From Clostridia bacterium (lineage in GTDB: Bacteria > Bacillota > Clostridia > Oscillospirales > SIG627), in assembly GCA_017440805.1 (NCBI GenBank), contig JAFSGN010000021.1:510-64509 (forward strand): a stretch of 64,000 nucleotides of DNA, read 5' to 3'. Below are positions 17,117 to 27,413 of this stretch, in pieces. The notes below the pieces were generated by a model. It was not told the DNA's origin. It searched no databases and was given only the letters and a program-made list of their open reading frames with translations. Positions within the stretch are counted from its first letter, which is position 1, and every line of letters starts with the position of its first letter. Position numbers and translations under genes: made by a program.

Positions 17117-18589
17117 ATGGAGAATATATACCAGGATATAGCGCAACGCACGGGAGGGGACATATACATAGGTGTTGTAGGTCCGGTGCGTACCGGAAAA
17201 TCCACACTTATTAAACAATTTATGGATGCACTTGTTATACCGAATATAAGCGATGAAGCACAAAGGCAGAGAACGGTTGATGAGTTGCCGCAGAGTGCAT
17301 CGGGACGCACGGTAATGACGGCTGAGCCCAAATTTATTCCCGACAAAGCGGTAAAAGTATGTCTTGAAGATAATGCTGAATTTATGATTAAAATGATAGA
17401 CTGCGTGGGATATATGGTGCCGGGTGCTATAGGTGACAGCGAAGACGGTCAGCCCCGGATGGTTATGACTCCCTGGTCGGAAAATGCAATGCCGTTTGAA
17501 AAGGCAGCAGAAACAGGCACACGCAAGGTTATAACCGAGCATTCGACCATAGGACTTCTTGTGACAACAGACGGCACTATAGGAGAAATACCGAGAGAGG
17601 ACTATGTTCAGGCAGAAGAGAGAGTGGTAAGGGAACTCAGGGAGATGAATAAACCCTTTGTAATAGTTCTCAATTCCGCCTCTCCGGATAGCCATGATGC
17701 AATATCTCTTGCTTTTGAACTTGAGGAAAAATATAAAACTCCCGTTGCACTGGTAAATTGTCTTGAAATAAGCGAAAGCGATATAAGAAACATAATACGG
17801 CTGGTACTGTTTGAATTTCCTGTCAGGGAAATAGGCATAAATCTTCCTTTGTGGGTTATGAGTCTGGATAAGGACGATAAAATGCGTGTTGAGATAAGCC
17901 AGGCTCTGACCAATACGGCACGGGGAATAAAGAAAGTCGGGGATATCCGGCCTGTATTTGAAGAACTGTGCGGAAATGAATACATAAGTAAGGTAAATAC
18001 CGAAAATATTCATCTGGGAGACGGAACATCACTTATAGATGTTGAACTTCACGACGGATTGTTTTATGATGTTTTAAGCGAAAAGTCAGGACTTCAGATA
18101 AACGGTGACGACGACCTTATGAAATGTATTTGCGAATTAAGCGGAATAGGGCAAAAATACGAAAAAATCAGAGCAGCGGTGGAACAGGCAGAGAGCGTGG
18201 GTTACGGAATAGTAATGCCGGGAATAGAGGATTTGACACTTGAAGAGCCGGAAATCACAAAACAGCAAAGCGGATACGGTGTAAAGTTAAAAGCATCTGC
18301 ACCAAGTCTCCATATAATAAAGGCAAACATTAAAACTGAGGTTAATCCCATAATGGGTTCGGAAAAACAGTCGGAGGAAATGGTGAAGTATTTACTCAAA
18401 GAGTTTGAGCAGGACCCCAAAAAGATATGGTATTCCAATATGTTCGGAAAGTCGCTGTATGACCTTGTGAACGAAGGGCTGAATACAAAACTTGCCCATA
18501 TCCCCGAAGAGTCCAGAACAAGACTCACAGAAACACTGGGACGGATTATAAATGAAGGAAGTAACGGACTCATTTGTATAATCCTGTAA
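17117..18589 (+). CDS. spoIVA: Stage IV sporulation protein A (coat basement-layer ATPase)
   Basis: MENIYQDIAQRTGGDIYIGVVGPVRTGKSTLIKQFMD carries the Walker A motif. It is 490 aa, with full-length similarity to SpoIVA. SD AAGGGGGA lies upstream of the ATG at 17117. Confidence 0.95.
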   Translation: MENIYQDIAQRTGGDIYIGVVGPVRTGKSTLIKQFMDALVIPNISDEAQRQRTVDELPQSASGRTVMTAEPKFIPDKAVKVCLEDNAEFMIKMIDCVGYMVPGAIGDSEDGQPRMVMTPWSENAMPFEKAAETGTRKVITEHSTIGLLVTTDGTIGEIPREDYVQAEERVVRELREMNKPFVIVLNSASPDSHDAISLAFELEEKYKTPVALVNCLEISESDIRNIIRLVLFEFPVREIGINLPLWVMSLDKDDKMRVEISQALTNTARGIKKVGDIRPVFEELCGNEYISKVNTENIHLGDGTSLIDVELHDGLFYDVLSEKSGLQINGDDDLMKCICELSGIGQKYEKIRAAVEQAESVGYGIVMPGIEDLTLEEPEITKQQSGYGVKLKASAPSLHIIKANIKTEVNPIMGSEKQSEEMVKYLLKEFEQDPKKIWYSNMFGKSLYDLVNEGLNTKLAHIPEESRTRLTETLGRIINEGSNGLICIIL

Positions 18590-18594
18590 TAAAG

Positions 18595-18633
18595 AAACAA
18601 ACGCACGGAAAAATATCTGTGCGTTTGTTTTTT
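18595..18633. terminator. Bidirectional terminator between spoIVA and the convergent amidase gene
   Basis: AAACAAACGCAC-12 nt loop-GTGCGTTTGTTT followed by TTT. Confidence 0.75.
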
Positions 18634-18700
18634 ACCAACATATTGTTTAATAAATATTCTGTGTGTGGGTTATGTTTTCTAACCGGGTACTGTCAGAATT

Positions 18701-19885
18701 TTATCTGTTAAAATATGCGTCTATTCCTTCGGCAATGGCTTTACCTATGCTGTCGCTTTCCTGTTGCAATATATTCAGGTCGAAGGCGTTATCATAAAAT
18801 CCGATTTCCAGATATGCAACCGGTACTGGCGATTTGCAGAACAGAACCAGTTCCGGATAACCTGTGTATTCACCGCTTGACCATTTCGGCATTGATGTTT
18901 TTTGGGTAATGCAGTCATTTATGGATTTTCCCAGTGCATTGCCTACTTCAACATAGTTTTCCGGTATATCTCCCTGGTCATATAATCCGGAAAGCGATAT
19001 ATAACAACTTCCTCTTCCGCCTCCTGCATTTGAGTGTATGCACACATATGCAGAAGCATCCGGCTCAAGAGAAATGTCATCATTCGGATAGCACTTTCTA
19101 ATACGCTGTGTAATAGATGGTGAATCCTCAGGGCCGCGTGTAATTCTTACGGTGTAACCCAATTGTTCAAGATATTTCTTTGCATTTACGGCATTGTTAT
19201 AGTTCAAATCCGGCTCGGTTGCCCGGTTACTCGCTCCTATCGGATACCAGCAACTGCCGTTTTCAGGGGTACGCCCGCTGCAACCGTATCCTTCACAATC
19301 CTCCCACATTGTACCGCTTTTAAAATGCCGCCATTCACCCCAGCCTTTTCCTTGTACATAGGTGTATCCAAAGTCGTTTTTTTCCTGTTCTGACATCAAC
19401 GAGGAGGATTTTCCGTGTCCGGGGTCAATTACAATAATTTTACCGTTGGGCACAACAGGTAGAGAGTCCTGAGTAGTAGTTTTTTCGGGTGACTCTTCGG
19501 GTACCGGCGACGATACTTCTGGAGAGGGTGAGATATCTGTCATTGTCTGGTTAGAAGATTCATAATATGACTCTTCATATTCAGAAGACGGAGGTTCCGG
19601 CAGGACAGTGTCGGAAGGCGTATCGTTTGTAGTTGTATCCCGGGACAATTCCTCAGAGTCTGAAAATTGAATTTCCGATAAAGGTAAATCATCCGGCATT
19701 ATTTCCTGAGATGGTGATTCCGGCAAAAGAAGGTCGGAAAGTGTTTTGGCGGTATGATTTTCTTGGACGACGGAATGCGGTGAATTTTCTGTGTCGCTGT
19801 CGGATGAAACGAATTCCCTGCTGCATCCGCCAAGCATATTTACGACTAAAAGAGTGCAGAAAAATAAGTTAATTATGTTTTTCAT
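18701..19885 (-). CDS. N-acetylmuramoyl-L-alanine amidase (Amidase_3) lipoprotein with a Ser/Pro/Glu-rich linker
   Basis: Lipobox LGGC. A roughly 130-aa low-complexity S/P/E/T linker is followed by VIDPGHGKSS...CIHSNAGGGRGS...YLEIGFYDN. Confidence 0.83.
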   Translation of the reverse strand: MKNIINLFFCTLLVVNMLGGCSREFVSSDSDTENSPHSVVQENHTAKTLSDLLLPESPSQEIMPDDLPLSEIQFSDSEELSRDTTTNDTPSDTVLPEPPSSEYEESYYESSNQTMTDISPSPEVSSPVPEESPEKTTTQDSLPVVPNGKIIVIDPGHGKSSSLMSEQEKNDFGYTYVQGKGWGEWRHFKSGTMWEDCEGYGCSGRTPENGSCWYPIGASNRATEPDLNYNNAVNAKKYLEQLGYTVRITRGPEDSPSITQRIRKCYPNDDISLEPDASAYVCIHSNAGGGRGSCYISLSGLYDQGDIPENYVEVGNALGKSINDCITQKTSMPKWSSGEYTGYPELVLFCKSPVPVAYLEIGFYDNAFDLNILQQESDSIGKAIAEGIDAYFNR

Positions 19886-20071
19886 AGTTTTATCCCAAAT
19901 AAATAAATTTTGAAAGAGTGGTGTTTTTTATGACATGAAAATATATGCGGTAATTTTGAACCGATGTCCTGCAGATTAAATTATAACTTATATTTTGCGA
20001 TTTTACAAGTCTTTTTTGAGAAGTTTAATGTTCAATTTTAACTGAATGAAGATGTTTTTGGGTTGATAGAT

Positions 20072-20827
20072 TTATTTTACCTGATGTATTGTTCCGCGGA
20101 ATTTACTGCTAACGAAAGAGTAAATATCTTTACTGTTGGTTATTATGGCGGAAACATTATTTAACTCGGTCAGATTGTAGTCTGCCGACAGTGAAAACTT
20201 TGATGAATCACATAAGAATATACTTTCCTTTGTTTGCTTCAAAACCGCTTTCCTCAACAGGGTTTCCGGCAGAGAGGTATCGGTGATAACCCCATTATCG
20301 TTAACTCCTCTGGAGGAAAAAAACATTTTATCAAAATTAAAATTGGTTATAAAGTCTTGAGCAAAACTTCCTGCATAGCACATGGAATTTTGTTGTAATT
20401 CTCCGCCTGTGCAGTAGGTTTTTATTCCTTTTTTATGCAACAGCAGGGAAAGGGGAATACTGTTTGTTACAATGGAAATTGTACTTTTAGGTTCTATAAA
20501 ATCCGCCATTTGCAAAATTGTTGTAGAGGCGTCGAGGAAAATTACATCACCGTCGTTTATCAACGAAGAGGCAACACTGCAAAGGTCTTTTTTCTCTTTC
20601 AGATTGACTGTTTTTCTGAAGTCGATGGGGATTACCCCATGCTCATCTCTGTATTTTTTTGCGCCTCCGTGGTTTCTGATAATCAGTTCTCGTCTCTGAA
20701 GTTCCGCCAGGTCACGGCGAATTGTAGGTAGACTCACAAAAAGCAATTTGCTGAGTTTCTGGGCTGACAGATATTGATTGGTTTCCAACAGTTCCAATAT
20801 TTTATCGTATCTTTCTTCTTTAAGCAT
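20072..20827 (-). CDS. DeoR family transcriptional regulator
   Basis: MLKEERYDKILELLETNQYLSAQKLSKLLFVSLPTIRRDLAELQ is the HTH DeoR N-terminus, followed by a DeoR C-terminal sensor domain. The start is taken at the internal ATG matching the family N-terminus. Confidence 0.88.
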   Translation of the reverse strand: MLKEERYDKILELLETNQYLSAQKLSKLLFVSLPTIRRDLAELQRRELIIRNHGGAKKYRDEHGVIPIDFRKTVNLKEKKDLCSVASSLINDGDVIFLDASTTILQMADFIEPKSTISIVTNSIPLSLLLHKKGIKTYCTGGELQQNSMCYAGSFAQDFITNFNFDKMFFSSRGVNDNGVITDTSLPETLLRKAVLKQTKESIFLCDSSKFSLSADYNLTELNNVSAIITNSKDIYSFVSSKFRGTIHQVK

Positions 20828-20954
20828 AAAAATTCTCCATGAGCGGTTTTGAGCGTTTATCAATGTTTAAGCCAACTATTGACAATCACTTTTGATTGAT
20901 ATATTATATCATTGTATAAATATTATGTCAATACCGCAAAAAAGGAGAACGAAA

Positions 20955-21671
20955 ATGAGTATAAAAATGATTGCATTTGATTTGGACGGTACACTTACTC
21001 AGCATAAAACCAAATTAAGTGCAGAACACCGTAGAATATTGTTTGAATTACAGGAAAGATATCATCTTGTCATGGTCGGAGCAGGTATGTGCAGACGAAT
21101 CTTTAATCAGATGGAGGAATTCCCCATTGACATAATAGGAAATTACGGTATGCAGTGCGCAAAATATGATGCACAAACAAAAGACATACATATTGTAGAG
21201 GATATTGTCAAAGAATGCAACAGACAGATTGTAGAAGAGAGAGTGACAATGCTCCGCAGGAAACACGGATTCACCGAATATGCAGGAGATAATGTTGAGT
21301 ATCATTCCTCGGGATGTGTAACCTTTCCCATTCTCGGAACAAAGGCAAAGCAGGAAGATAAACTTTCCTTTGACCCCGACAGAAAAAAGAGAAGAGCGTT
21401 TTACAACGAAGTAATCGAGACATTCCCCGAATACAATATATTTGTAGGCGGTTCCTCTTCTTTTGATATGGCGCCAAAACCATATAACAAATACTATGCT
21501 CTGGACAAATACTGTGCAGAAAAGGGAATAATACACAGTGAAGTGGTGTTTGTGGGAGACGATTACGGCATGGGCGGAAATGATGAGTCGGTGTATAAAT
21601 CGGATTTCAACTTTATTGAAGTTGATTATTACGAAGATTTTCCCGAAAAAGTTAAGCATTTGCTTGTATAA
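20955..21671 (+). CDS. HAD-superfamily hydrolase (Cof/HAD-IIB-like phosphatase)
   Basis: MIAFDLDGTL motif I and GDDYGMGGNDES motif IV region. SD AAGGAGA lies upstream of the ATG at 20955. Confidence 0.78.
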   Translation: MSIKMIAFDLDGTLTQHKTKLSAEHRRILFELQERYHLVMVGAGMCRRIFNQMEEFPIDIIGNYGMQCAKYDAQTKDIHIVEDIVKECNRQIVEERVTMLRRKHGFTEYAGDNVEYHSSGCVTFPILGTKAKQEDKLSFDPDRKKRRAFYNEVIETFPEYNIFVGGSSSFDMAPKPYNKYYALDKYCAEKGIIHSEVVFVGDDYGMGGNDESVYKSDFNFIEVDYYEDFPEKVKHLLV

Positions 21672-21683
21672 TTACTTGATAAT

Positions 21684-21720
21684 AAAGGCGTTTATTCGAA
21701 CAATAAGCGCCTTTTTGTTT
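21684..21720 (+). terminator. Terminator after the HAD hydrolase gene
   Basis: AAAGGCGTTTATT-loop-AATAAGCGCCTTT followed by a T run. Confidence 0.7.
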
Positions 21721-21842
21721 TTGCCGCGGATATAAAAGGATAAGGGTATAATGGGGTGAAATTATATTGACAAAAATGTGTTTTTGTAGTAAAATAAGTA
21801 CTCAAATAAAATATTCGGAAAAACTGATTTGAAAGGGTAAAA

Positions 21843-22427
21843 ATGGTTAAATCAAAAAAATTACTGACGCTTTTTTTGTCTTTTTTTAAAATAGGTCTTT
21901 TTACTTTTGGCGGCGGATATGCCATGATAGCACTGATTGAGAGAGAATTCGTTGAGCGTCTTAAATGGATTGAAAATGAGGAATTCCTTGATTTGATAGC
22001 GGTGGCAGAGTCCACACCGGGTCCTATTGCAGTTAACTCTGCAGAGTATATAGGATATAAGGTAGGAAAAGTATTGGGTTCTTTTGTTGCAACTCTCGGA
22101 GTGTGTATACCCTCAATTGTGATTATATATATCGTATCTTTGTTTTTTGATACATTCGTGGCTTTCGAGTATGTGGATTATGCTTTCCGCGGTATACAGG
22201 TGTGCGTAGGTTATCTTATTGTATCTGCCGGATTCAGAATGCTGAAAAAAATGAAAAAAACAGTTTTCAACAAAGTTTTTTTTGTGTTGATTGTTGCTGT
22301 GATTTTAGTTACAACATTATTTTCTTTTCACATTTCCTCTATTGCACTGATTGTTGCAGGTGCGGCTTCGGGAGTGATTCTTTACCTTATTAAATACCTG
22401 ACCGGAAAAATCAGCAAAGGGGAGTGA
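21843..22427 (+). CDS. chrA: Chromate transporter family protein (short-chain CHR, first half)
   Basis: FFKIGLFTFGGGYAMIALIE...AESTPGPIAVN is the CHR signature. Confidence 0.85.
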   Translation: MVKSKKLLTLFLSFFKIGLFTFGGGYAMIALIEREFVERLKWIENEEFLDLIAVAESTPGPIAVNSAEYIGYKVGKVLGSFVATLGVCIPSIVIIYIVSLFFDTFVAFEYVDYAFRGIQVCVGYLIVSAGFRMLKKMKKTVFNKVFFVLIVAVILVTTLFSFHISSIALIVAGAASGVILYLIKYLTGKISKGE

Positions 22428-22431
22428 GAAA

Positions 22432-23010
22432 ATGAACATTTATCTGAAACTTTTTTTAACCTTCTTTGAGATAGGTGCTTTTTCTTTCGGGGGCGGATAT
22501 GCCATGATTCCTGTGATTCGTGAAAAATGTATTTTAAACGGATGGCTTACCGAAGAAGGTATTATGAATTTTATTGCTGTTGCCGAGTCCACTCCGGGAC
22601 CTATTGCCGTTAATATGGCAACTTTTGTAGGTTCGTCACAAGGAGGACTTGCAGGTTCGCTTCTTGCAACCTTGGGAGTTGTTTTGCCATCGTTTTTAAT
22701 CATCGTCCTCATAGCATCTGTTATGAACAATTTAATCAGATACGAAGGTGTGAAGGCGGCACTGGGCGGTGTTCAGCCGGTTATAGTCGGACTTATAGTT
22801 ACAACAGGTACGACTATGCTTTTGTCGGTTTTGTTCGGAATTGAAAATGTGAAAAGCACATTTTCAATTGATTATAAATCTGTCATTATTTTTGCGGTTA
22901 TTGCTGCTGCAGGTATGGTTTATAAAAAAATCAGGAAGAAAACAATATCATCCATTTTTATGATAATTTTGTCGGCAGTTATGGGTATTATAATGTTTGG
23001 AATGTTATAA
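22432..23010 (+). CDS. chrA: Chromate transporter family protein (short-chain CHR, second half)
   Basis: FFEIGAFSFGGGYAMIPVIR...AESTPGPIAVN. Paired short CHR genes, as in B. subtilis ywrA/ywrB. Confidence 0.85.
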   Translation: MNIYLKLFLTFFEIGAFSFGGGYAMIPVIREKCILNGWLTEEGIMNFIAVAESTPGPIAVNMATFVGSSQGGLAGSLLATLGVVLPSFLIIVLIASVMNNLIRYEGVKAALGGVQPVIVGLIVTTGTTMLLSVLFGIENVKSTFSIDYKSVIIFAVIAAAGMVYKKIRKKTISSIFMIILSAVMGIIMFGML

Positions 23011-23116
23011 ATTCCGAAAATAACATAAAAATGTATAATATTTTGTGAAAAAATGTTATTAATTGTTAAATTTTACTGTTAAATTTGCTTTTTAAACAAC
23101 AATTAAAGTAAAACTC

Positions 23117-23145
23117 TTGACAAAAAAACCACAAAATGATATAAT
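23117..23145 (+). promoter_or_regulatory. Consensus sigma-A promoter upstream of hppA
   Basis: TTGACA-17 nt-TATAAT with the TG extended -10. Confidence 0.6.
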
Positions 23146-23238
23146 TTTATACATGTCAGGTTGTTAAAAAAATGACAATGTGGCAGAATTTTAATATTAT
23201 GCATCATTTGTTATTTCATTGAAAACAGGAGAATAAGT

Positions 23239-25320
23239 ATGGAAAAATTTGCCCCTTTCTTTGTTATGGCATCGGCAATAATTGCGTTGTTGTTTGCAGT
23301 TTACAACTTTTATAAGGTTAAGAAGATGCCGGAAGGTTCTGAAAAACTTTCGGAAATTTCTGCTAAAATCCGCAGAGGTGCTATGGCGTATCTGAAGCGT
23401 CAGTACAAAACAGTAGGTGTTTTCTTTGCAGTAATGGTCGTTATTCTGACTGTATTGGCAATATGTGGATTTTTAACATATTTTGTTCCGGTTGCTTTTC
23501 TGACCGGTGGTTTTTTCTCGGCTCTTTCCGGATTTGTCGGAATGAAAATAGCAACCTACGCCAACTCCCGTACTGCTAACGGTGCTGTGGGAGGACTCAA
23601 CAAAGGTCTGAAAATAGCATTTTCGTCCGGTACCGTTATGGGTATGACAGTTGTTGGCCTGGGACTTTTTGATATAAGTTTTTGGTTTATTCTCTTAACA
23701 TATGTGTTCAAACTTCCCGTTGATGAGGTAATGTCTGCTATGCTTACTTTCGGTATGGGTGCCAGTTCAATGGCACTGTTTGCCAGAGTTGGAGGCGGTA
23801 TCTTTACAAAGGCAGCGGATGTAGGTGCGGACCTTGTAGGTAAGGTTGAAGCAGGTATTCCCGAAGATGACCACAGAAACCCTGCTTGTATCGCTGACAA
23901 TGTTGGTGATAATGTTGGTGATGTTGCAGGTATGGGTGCCGATTTGTACGAATCATATGTAGGTTCTATTATATCCTGCGGTGCATTGGCGGTTTCTGCC
24001 GGAATGGGATTTGGCGGAGTTATTCTTCCCATGCTTATTGCAGCAATAGGAATTTTGGCGTCTATATTGGCAACTGGATTTGTATCCACCAAAGAAGGTG
24101 CATCCCAGAAAATGCTTCTTGGCGCACTCAGAAAAGGAACATATTCTGCGGCAATTATTTCTGCGGTTGCATCATTTGCACTTATTTATTTGATGTTCCC
24201 CGATAAGTTTGGTTTGTTGGGCTCTGTTATTTCAGGTCTTCTGGCAGGTGTGCTTATCGGATATTTTACCGAGTATTACACCTCCGATACCTATAAACCT
24301 ACCCAGGCTCTTTCCCTTTCATCCGAAACAGGAAGTGCAACAATTATAATTGACGGTATCGCACTGGGTATGCGTTCTACCGCAATTCCCGTAGTGGTTG
24401 TGGGTGTTTCGATTATAGCAAGTTATGTGTTTGCGGGCGGTATAGCGTCATTTGAAAGCGGTCTTTACGGTGTCGGACTTTCTGCCGTTGGTATGCTTGC
24501 AACACTCGGCATTACTCTTGCAACAGACGCATACGGACCTGTTGCCGACAATGCTGGCGGTATTGCTCAGATGTCGGGACTGCCGGAAGAGGTTCGTGAA
24601 AGAACAGATGCACTTGACTCTCTCGGTAATACTACTGCAGCAACCGGAAAAGGATTTGCAATCGGTTCTGCCGCACTTACAGCCCTTGCACTGATTGTTT
24701 CATATACTGATGAAATAAAAGCAATCAACAACGAATTGTTAAATCTCAGCATAACAAATCCTTCTGTATTGATAGGTTTGTTCATAGGTGCTATGCTTCC
24801 GTTCCTGTTCTCTGCAATGACTATGCAGGCAGTGGGCCGTGCGGCACAGAAAATAGTAATCGAAGTAAGAAGACAGTTCAGAGAAATCACAGGACTTTTG
24901 GATGGTACTGCAGAAGCAGACTATGAAAGTTGTATTGATATTTGTACCAAATCATCTCTCAAGGAAATGATTGCTCCCGCGTCATTAGGCGTTCTTTCAC
25001 CGATTATTGTTGGATTGGTATTGGGTTGCAACGGCGTTGTAGGTATGTTGGCAGGTGCACTTGTTTCAGGTTTCGTACTTGCAATTATGATGTCAAACTC
25101 CGGCGGTGCATGGGATAATGCAAAGAAATATATAGAGGCAGGAAATTATAACGGTAAAGGTTCAGAAAATCATAAAGCGGCGGTTGTGGGTGATACAGTA
25201 GGTGACCCGTTCAAAGATACAGCAGGACCTTCGGTAAATATACTTATTAAACTCCTCTCCATGGTTTCTATTGTTTTTGCAACAGTTGTTGCCACATACG
25301 GCGGATTCGGTATTTTTTAA
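23239..25320 (+). CDS. hppA: Membrane-bound ion-translocating pyrophosphatase (K+-dependent type)
   Basis: 693 aa, polytopic. Motifs DNVGDNVGD, GNTTAATGKGFAIGSA (Ala, not Lys, in GNTTA/K) and VGDTVGDPFKDTAGPS. Confidence 0.95.
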   Translation: MEKFAPFFVMASAIIALLFAVYNFYKVKKMPEGSEKLSEISAKIRRGAMAYLKRQYKTVGVFFAVMVVILTVLAICGFLTYFVPVAFLTGGFFSALSGFVGMKIATYANSRTANGAVGGLNKGLKIAFSSGTVMGMTVVGLGLFDISFWFILLTYVFKLPVDEVMSAMLTFGMGASSMALFARVGGGIFTKAADVGADLVGKVEAGIPEDDHRNPACIADNVGDNVGDVAGMGADLYESYVGSIISCGALAVSAGMGFGGVILPMLIAAIGILASILATGFVSTKEGASQKMLLGALRKGTYSAAIISAVASFALIYLMFPDKFGLLGSVISGLLAGVLIGYFTEYYTSDTYKPTQALSLSSETGSATIIIDGIALGMRSTAIPVVVVGVSIIASYVFAGGIASFESGLYGVGLSAVGMLATLGITLATDAYGPVADNAGGIAQMSGLPEEVRERTDALDSLGNTTAATGKGFAIGSAALTALALIVSYTDEIKAINNELLNLSITNPSVLIGLFIGAMLPFLFSAMTMQAVGRAAQKIVIEVRRQFREITGLLDGTAEADYESCIDICTKSSLKEMIAPASLGVLSPIIVGLVLGCNGVVGMLAGALVSGFVLAIMMSNSGGAWDNAKKYIEAGNYNGKGSENHKAAVVGDTVGDPFKDTAGPSVNILIKLLSMVSIVFATVVATYGGFGIF

Positions 25321-25348
25321 TCATAGAATAAAAATGAAATAAACACAT

Positions 25349-25378
25349 AAAAAGGAACTGACTTGTCAGTTCCTTTTT
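25349..25378. terminator. Bidirectional terminator between hppA and the araC-family gene
   Basis: AAAAAGGAACTGAC-tt-GTCAGTTCCTTTTT. Confidence 0.8.
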
Positions 25379-25381
25379 GTA

Positions 25382-26209
25382 TTATGAGTGCTTTCTTCCT
25401 GTTGGGGAATCTCCGTAAAATTTCTTGTATGCTCTGTAAAAATTTGTATAATCGGAATATCCGCACTTAAGGTAAACTTTTGTCGGGTTATCGCCGGACT
25501 CCAACATTTTTTTTGCGGCAGAAAGTCTCTTTACGGTAATATAGTTTCCCACGGTTGCTCCCATTGTACTTTTGAACATTCTGCAAAGTTGCGGTTTGGA
25601 AATAAAAAATTCATTGCATATGTCGTCGAGGGAAAAATTCTTTTCCAGATTGGCAAGAATGTAATTTATAATCTTATTTATGAGAGAACTGTTGGAAATA
25701 TCCGTATTATGCGACTGGTTCGGAGATGCGACAAGCAATTCGTTCATTAATGCAAAAAAATTTGTTTCGGCTTGTATTTTGTTTTTGTCCAGTCCGTCGA
25801 TTATATTATTAATAAGCATAAGGTACAGGTTGCTGGAAAAATGCTCTTTTCTGAACAGGTTATCTTTTCCCGGTACTCTGCCTTCAATTATTTTCAGAAG
25901 TTTGCCTTCACTGTCTATTTTGGAAATATATTGCTTGTCAAAATGAACTACAAATCTTTCGTAGGGATAATTACAGTCAAGTTCAATGTAATGGGATTCA
26001 CTGTTGTCCATAATTGCAATATCTCCCTGTTTTAAAGGATAATCTGTTCCTTCAACATGAAATATACCTTTCCCTGACATGAAATAAAATAACTCACATT
26101 CCTGATGGGTGTGCATTTTAAAGTCGTCCTGATTTGGTTTTGCTATATAGGAATAACGGAATTTTACCGAATCAGTCTCGATTGCTTTGTATAAGTTCAA
26201 ATCAACCAC
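25382..26209 (-). CDS. AraC family transcriptional regulator (cupin sensor plus HTH)
   Basis: 275 aa with an N-terminal cupin-like region and a C-terminal AraC HTH (KPQLCRMFK...GYSDYTNFYRAYKKFYG). Confidence 0.88.
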   Translation of the reverse strand: MVDLNLYKAIETDSVKFRYSYIAKPNQDDFKMHTHQECELFYFMSGKGIFHVEGTDYPLKQGDIAIMDNSESHYIELDCNYPYERFVVHFDKQYISKIDSEGKLLKIIEGRVPGKDNLFRKEHFSSNLYLMLINNIIDGLDKNKIQAETNFFALMNELLVASPNQSHNTDISNSSLINKIINYILANLEKNFSLDDICNEFFISKPQLCRMFKSTMGATVGNYITVKRLSAAKKMLESGDNPTKVYLKCGYSDYTNFYRAYKKFYGDSPTGRKHS

Positions 26210-26329
26210 CTCAATCTTATTATATCACAACTTGTCAATATTTGCAATATATTTAGATAATAATTGCAATTTGATTGTAATTATTTCTGTGATATACTTT
26301 GTTATAAGCAAATATTAGAGGAGGAAAAT

Positions 26330-27370
26330 ATGAAACTTACATTTAGATGGTATGGCGAGAATGACCCTGTAACACTGGAAAAAATTTCTCAGATTCCCAC
26401 TATGACCGGTGTTGTATCGGCGGTTTACGATGTGAAACCGGGTGGAATATGGAGCGAAGAAAGTATATTAAAAATAAAGGAAAGTGCCAACAGGCATAAT
26501 CTTGCTTTTGAGGTCGTGGAAAGTGTTCCCGTGCCTGAGGACATTAAACTGGGAAGCGAAAATGCTCCTTTGCTTATAGAAAACTATTGTGAAAATATCA
26601 GACGCCTTGCAAAACATGGTGTAAAATGTATCTGCTATAACTTTATGCCGGTTTTTGACTGGTTGAGAAGTGAATTGGAGCATCAGCATTCTGACGGCTC
26701 AAATGCATTGGCATACGACGAAAATACGGTACTTGCCATGAATCCGCTTAACAGCGACTTGTCTTTGCCCGGATGGGATGCAAGTTATGAAAGCGGAGAA
26801 CTGAAACTGCTTCTGAAGAAATACGAAACCCTTGGTGAAGAAGGTTTATGGAAAAATCTCGAAGTATTTTTAAAAGCGGTTATCCCTGTTGCAAAGGAAT
26901 GCGATGTCAATATGGCTATTCATCCGGACGATCCGCCATGGGGAATTTTCGGTTTGCCCAGAATAATTACCACCAAGGAAAATATCAGGAGATTTTTCGA
27001 CATTGTTCCTGAAAAAAACAACGGACTGACTTTGTGTACCGGTTCTCTCGGAGCAAACCCCGGTAATGATTTAATTGAAACGGCAACCGAGTTCGCAGAC
27101 CGGATTCATTTTCTTCACCTCAGAAATATAAAATATACAGGTATAAGAAAATTTGAGGAAGTAGGTCATCCCACACCTTGCGGCTCAATTGATATGTATG
27201 GAGTTGTAAAGGCACTTGTAGAAAATGGTTTTGACGGTTATGTACGCCCTGACCACGGCAGAATGATTTGGGGAGAAAAGGGCAGGTATGGTTACGGACT
27301 TTATGACAGAGCACTTGGAGCCACATACATTGCAGGACTTTTTGAAGCAATAGAAAAAGGACAGAAATAA
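26330..27370 (+). CDS. uxuA: Mannonate dehydratase
   Basis: MKLTFRWYGENDPVTLEKISQIP plus HPDDPPWGIFGLPRI are typical of UxuA. SD GAGGAGG lies upstream of the ATG at 26330. Confidence 0.92.
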   Translation: MKLTFRWYGENDPVTLEKISQIPTMTGVVSAVYDVKPGGIWSEESILKIKESANRHNLAFEVVESVPVPEDIKLGSENAPLLIENYCENIRRLAKHGVKCICYNFMPVFDWLRSELEHQHSDGSNALAYDENTVLAMNPLNSDLSLPGWDASYESGELKLLLKKYETLGEEGLWKNLEVFLKAVIPVAKECDVNMAIHPDDPPWGIFGLPRIITTKENIRRFFDIVPEKNNGLTLCTGSLGANPGNDLIETATEFADRIHFLHLRNIKYTGIRKFEEVGHPTPCGSIDMYGVVKALVENGFDGYVRPDHGRMIWGEKGRYGYGLYDRALGATYIAGLFEAIEKGQK

Positions 27371-27413
27371 AACTTATTTGGAAATCTTTGCAGGGGAAAG
27401 GAAATTAATTAAA

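Noticed and set aside
21843-23010. chrA split into two roughly 190-aa ORFs, which might be a frameshifted pseudogene.
   Set aside because: Each half has its own start, its own SD and a complete CHR signature (FGGGYAM...AESTPGPIAVN). Paired short-chain CHR genes are a known natural arrangement, for example B. subtilis ywrA/ywrB.
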